Virus record (IMG/VR): IMGVR_UViG_2563366924_000004 | Reading direction: 5' to 3' (one strand) | Length of the DNA: 37,953 nucleotides | Source: a virus | Lineage: Duplodnaviria > Heunggongvirae > Uroviricota > Caudoviricetes | Shown here: positions 35,250 to 37,953 of the stretch, in pieces | Layout of the letters: each line of letters starts with the position of its first letter | How positions within the stretch are numbered: position 1 is the first letter of the stretch | Notes under the pieces: model-generated | Told to the model about the DNA's origin: nothing | What the model saw: only the letters and a program-made list of their open reading frames with translations | Databases searched by the model: none | Made by a program: the position numbers and the translations under genes

Positions 35250-35864
35250 AGCCTGCTTCTCCTTGCCTTTCGGCACGTAAGAGGCTAACCTACATGTGTC
35301 TAGCATGAAATTGGCCTCAGATTAATGTTAAGCGTCTTGCAGGACGCGTAATGTTAACTGGGGCTTTTCTCTATCTGCCTTTGGTGTTCATGCCTGAGGC
35401 AGATAGCCTCAAGCACCCGCAGCAATTCTACTTAACTCACGTCACCTCGCCAATATAAAATCAATCAGAAAGGCGATCCGTAAGAACAACAGCAAGACAA
35501 TAAATTGCCATTACAGCCGCAATAGCTAGCGCACATTTGAGAACCAGCACGACAACCTCCTGTATTGGACGTACACCAGTCCTGATAAATATGAGGCTGT
35601 CTCATCATTGATTCAATATAACTATTGGGTATAGTTTCTGTGATTTTGTTCTGTAGAAATGGAACACAACAACCAGTCTCCACCAGCACTTCTTTAAATA
35701 CGCCAAGTCCGACGCAAGCTAACCTTCTAGTCCGCTTTGAGCGAACTGTGGAAGCTCGCAAATGTTGTTACATCTGATGAAGGCATTACTCAAAGGAGGG
35801 GATAGTAGTCAACGTGGAGCAGGCCATGTTAGTATTTTTATACAATTCGACTAAGGGAAAAACA

Positions 35865-36053
35865 ATGAGGCTTTACATAATAGGAAATGGATTTGACATG
35901 CGTCATGGCTTACCAACAGGATACAAGCACTTTAAGTCGTATGTAGAAAAAAATGACCAAGATCTATATGACGCGATAGAAGAATACATTCCTGCTGGGG
36001 ACGAGTGGAATGAGTTAGAAAATGCTTTAGGTGAAATTGATTATGAGCTTTGA
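35865..36053 (+). pseudogene. AbiH-like abortive infection gene, N-terminal 62 codons only, truncated by IS3
   Basis: MRLYIIGNGFDMRHGLPTGYKHF matches the AbiH-family N-terminal motif as I recall it; stop codon TGA is the first 3 nt of the IS3 terminal repeat. Confidence 0.6.
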
Positions 36054-36973
36054 TCCTACCCACGTAATATGGACACAGGCCTAAGCGAGGTTCTTGTTTT
36101 CAAATTGTTCCGGACTGAGGCCGCCACACCAACTGTGCCGCCGCCACCGATTGTAATCACATTCGATATAATTAAACACCGTTGCCCGCATTATTTCCCG
36201 GCTGATAAAGTGTTCTCCATGGATACATTCCACTTTCAGCGAATGAAAGAAGCTTTCCACGCAGGCATTATCGTAGCAGCAACCTTTTGCGCTCATACTT
36301 CCACGCAGATTATGCCGCTTCAGTTGCGCCTGATAATCTGCTGAACAGTACTGGCCTCCACGGTCCGTGTGAACGATAACGTTCCGGGGCCTCTTACGCC
36401 GCCACAGCGCCATCTGCAGGGCATCGCAGGCCAGTTGCGCCGTCATGCGTGGCGACATTGACCAGCCAATAACGGCACGTGACCACAGGTCAATGACCAC
36501 TGCCAGATACAGCCAGCCTTCATCTGTACGTAAGTACGTGATGTCTCCTGCCCACTTCTGGTTCGGGCCACTGGCGTAAAAATCCTGCTCCAACAGATTT
36601 TCTGACACAGGCAGGCCGTGTGCGCGGTAGCTGACCGGGCTGAACTTCCGGGAGGCCTTTGCCCTCAGTCCCTGACGGCGCAGGCTTGCCGCCACGGTTT
36701 TTACGTTAAAGGGGTAACCCTGAGCACGCAGTTCATCCGTCAGGCGTGGGGCACCGTAACGCTGTTTTGACCGGGTAAAAGCCGCGAGGACAACGCTGTC
36801 GCAGTGTTGGCGGAACTGCTGACGCGTGCTTATCCTTGTCCGCCGCTGACACCACGTATACCAGCCGCTGCGGGCCACCCGGAGCACGCGGCACATTGCT
36901 TTGATGCTGAACTCAGCCTGATGTTTTTCAATAAAGACATACTTCATTTCAGGCGCTTCGCGAAGTATGTCGC
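36051..36973 (-). mobile_element. IS3: IS3 insertion sequence, partial (right end and orfB), interrupted by IS30
   Basis: Terminal repeat TGATCCTACCCACGTAATATGGACACAGGCC at 36051; complete orfB; sequence stops where the IS30 end begins. Confidence 0.9.
36081..36947 (-). CDS. insF: IS3 transposase orfB (InsF), 288 aa
   Basis: Matches IS3 orfB sequence with DDE integrase core. Confidence 0.9.
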
Positions 36974-37953
36974 TGTAGATTCAATTGGTCAACGCAACAG
37001 TTATGTGAAAACATGGGGTTGCGGAGGTTTTTTGAATGAGACGAACATTTACAGCAGAGGAAAAAGCCTCTGTTTTTGAACTATGGAAGAACGGAACAGG
37101 CTTCAGTGAAATAGCGAATATCCTGGGTTCAAAACCCGGAACGATCTTCACTATGTTAAGGGATACTGGCGGCATAAAACCCCATGAGCGTAAGCGGGCT
37201 GTAGCTCACCTGACACTGTCTGAGCGCGAGGAGATACGAGCTGGTTTGTCAGCCAAAATGAGCATTCGTGCGATAGCTACTGCGCTGAATCGCAGTCCTT
37301 CGACGATCTCACGTGAAGTTCAGCGTAATCGGGGCAGACGCTATTACAAAGCTGTTGATGCTAATAACCGAGCCAACAGAATGGCGAAAAGGCCAAAACC
37401 GTGCTTACTGGATCAAAATTTACCATTGCGAAAGCTTGTTCTGGAAAAGCTGGAGATGAAATGGTCTCCAGAGCAAATATCAGGATGGTTAAGGCGAACA
37501 AAACCACGTCAAAAAACGCTGCGAATATCACCTGAGACAATTTATAAAACGCTGTACTTTCGTAGCCGTGAAGCGCTACACCACCTGAATATACAGCATC
37601 TGCGACGGTCGCATAGCCTTCGCCATGGCAGGCGTCATACCCGCAAAGGCGAAAGAGGTACGATTAACATAGTGAACGGAACACCAATTCACGAACGTTC
37701 CCGAAATATCGATAACAGACGCTCTCTGGGGCATTGGGAGGGCGATTTAGTCTCAGGTACAAAAAACTCTCATATAGCCACACTTGTAGACCGAAAATCA
37801 CGTTATACGATCATCCTTAGACTCAGGGGCAAAGATTCTGTCTCAGTAAATCAGGCTCTTACCGACAAATTCCTGAGTTTACCGTCAGAACTCAGAAAAT
37901 CACTGACATGGGACAGAGGAATGGAACTGGCCAGACATCTAGAATTTACTGTC
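36974..37953 (+). mobile_element. IS30: IS30 insertion sequence, left end to window edge (partial in window)
   Basis: Left terminal repeat TGTAGATTCAATTGGTCAACGCAACAG at 36974 followed by the IS30 transposase gene. Confidence 0.9.
37036..37953 (+). CDS. insI: IS30 transposase (InsI), N-terminal 306 codons; runs off the window end
   Basis: MRRTFTAEEKASVFELWKNGTGFSEIANILGSKPGTIF matches IS30 transposase; no stop before the window edge; absent from the ORF track for that reason. Confidence 0.9.
   Translation, partial: MRRTFTAEEKASVFELWKNGTGFSEIANILGSKPGTIFTMLRDTGGIKPHERKRAVAHLTLSEREEIRAGLSAKMSIRAIATALNRSPSTISREVQRNRGRRYYKAVDANNRANRMAKRPKPCLLDQNLPLRKLVLEKLEMKWSPEQISGWLRRTKPRQKTLRISPETIYKTLYFRSREALHHLNIQHLRRSHSLRHGRRHTRKGERGTINIVNGTPIHERSRNIDNRRSLGHWEGDLVSGTKNSHIATLVDRKSRYTIILRLRGKDSVSVNQALTDKFLSLPSELRKSLTWDRGMELARHLEFTV

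Noticed and set aside
35465-35761. 98-aa Cys/Gly-rich minus-strand ORF between hok and the abi gene
   Set aside because: Depends on a TTG start with no RBS; the first ATG is at codon 52 and also lacks an RBS; the region is better explained as divergent promoter/leader DNA. Would need conservation evidence to revive.

Overview
This window reads as an Escherichia-type chromosomal segment carrying most of a lambdoid prophage, and I do not see a clearly novel multi-gene system in it. All identifications are from reading the sequence and recalling protein families; no database search was run. From the left: an intact MFS transporter gene (ydfJ-like, 1-1284), then the prophage arm with ydfK-like, a Pin-family serine recombinase, and tail fibre assembly/side tail fibre genes. 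Next comes a complete lambda-like morphogenetic module on the minus strand (lom, J, I, K, L, M, H, G/T with the GGGAAAG slip site, V, U, Z, FII, FI, E, D, C, B, W, A, Nu1) ending in a lambda-type cos site (cosN at 26921-26932). The right arm is Qin-like: ynfO-like RHH gene, ydfO-like DUF1398 gene, a Gns-family gene frameshifted in a poly-A tract, ynfN-like, cspI, an IS1 sitting where endolysin and spanin genes should be, a ydfR-like ORF and S21-type holin, a zinc-ribbon small ORF, cspB, cspF, a Q antiterminator with a candidate late promoter and terminator, a frameshifted ydfU-like gene, and a hok-type toxin locus. The window ends with an AbiH-like abortive-infection gene cut after codon 62 by IS3, which is itself interrupted by IS30. 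The most notable points are the IS1-associated loss of lysis genes with the holin retained, the nested IS disruption of the AbiH-like gene next to hok, the homopolymer frameshift in the gns-like gene, and several strongly hydrophobic or zinc-ribbon mini-ORFs.
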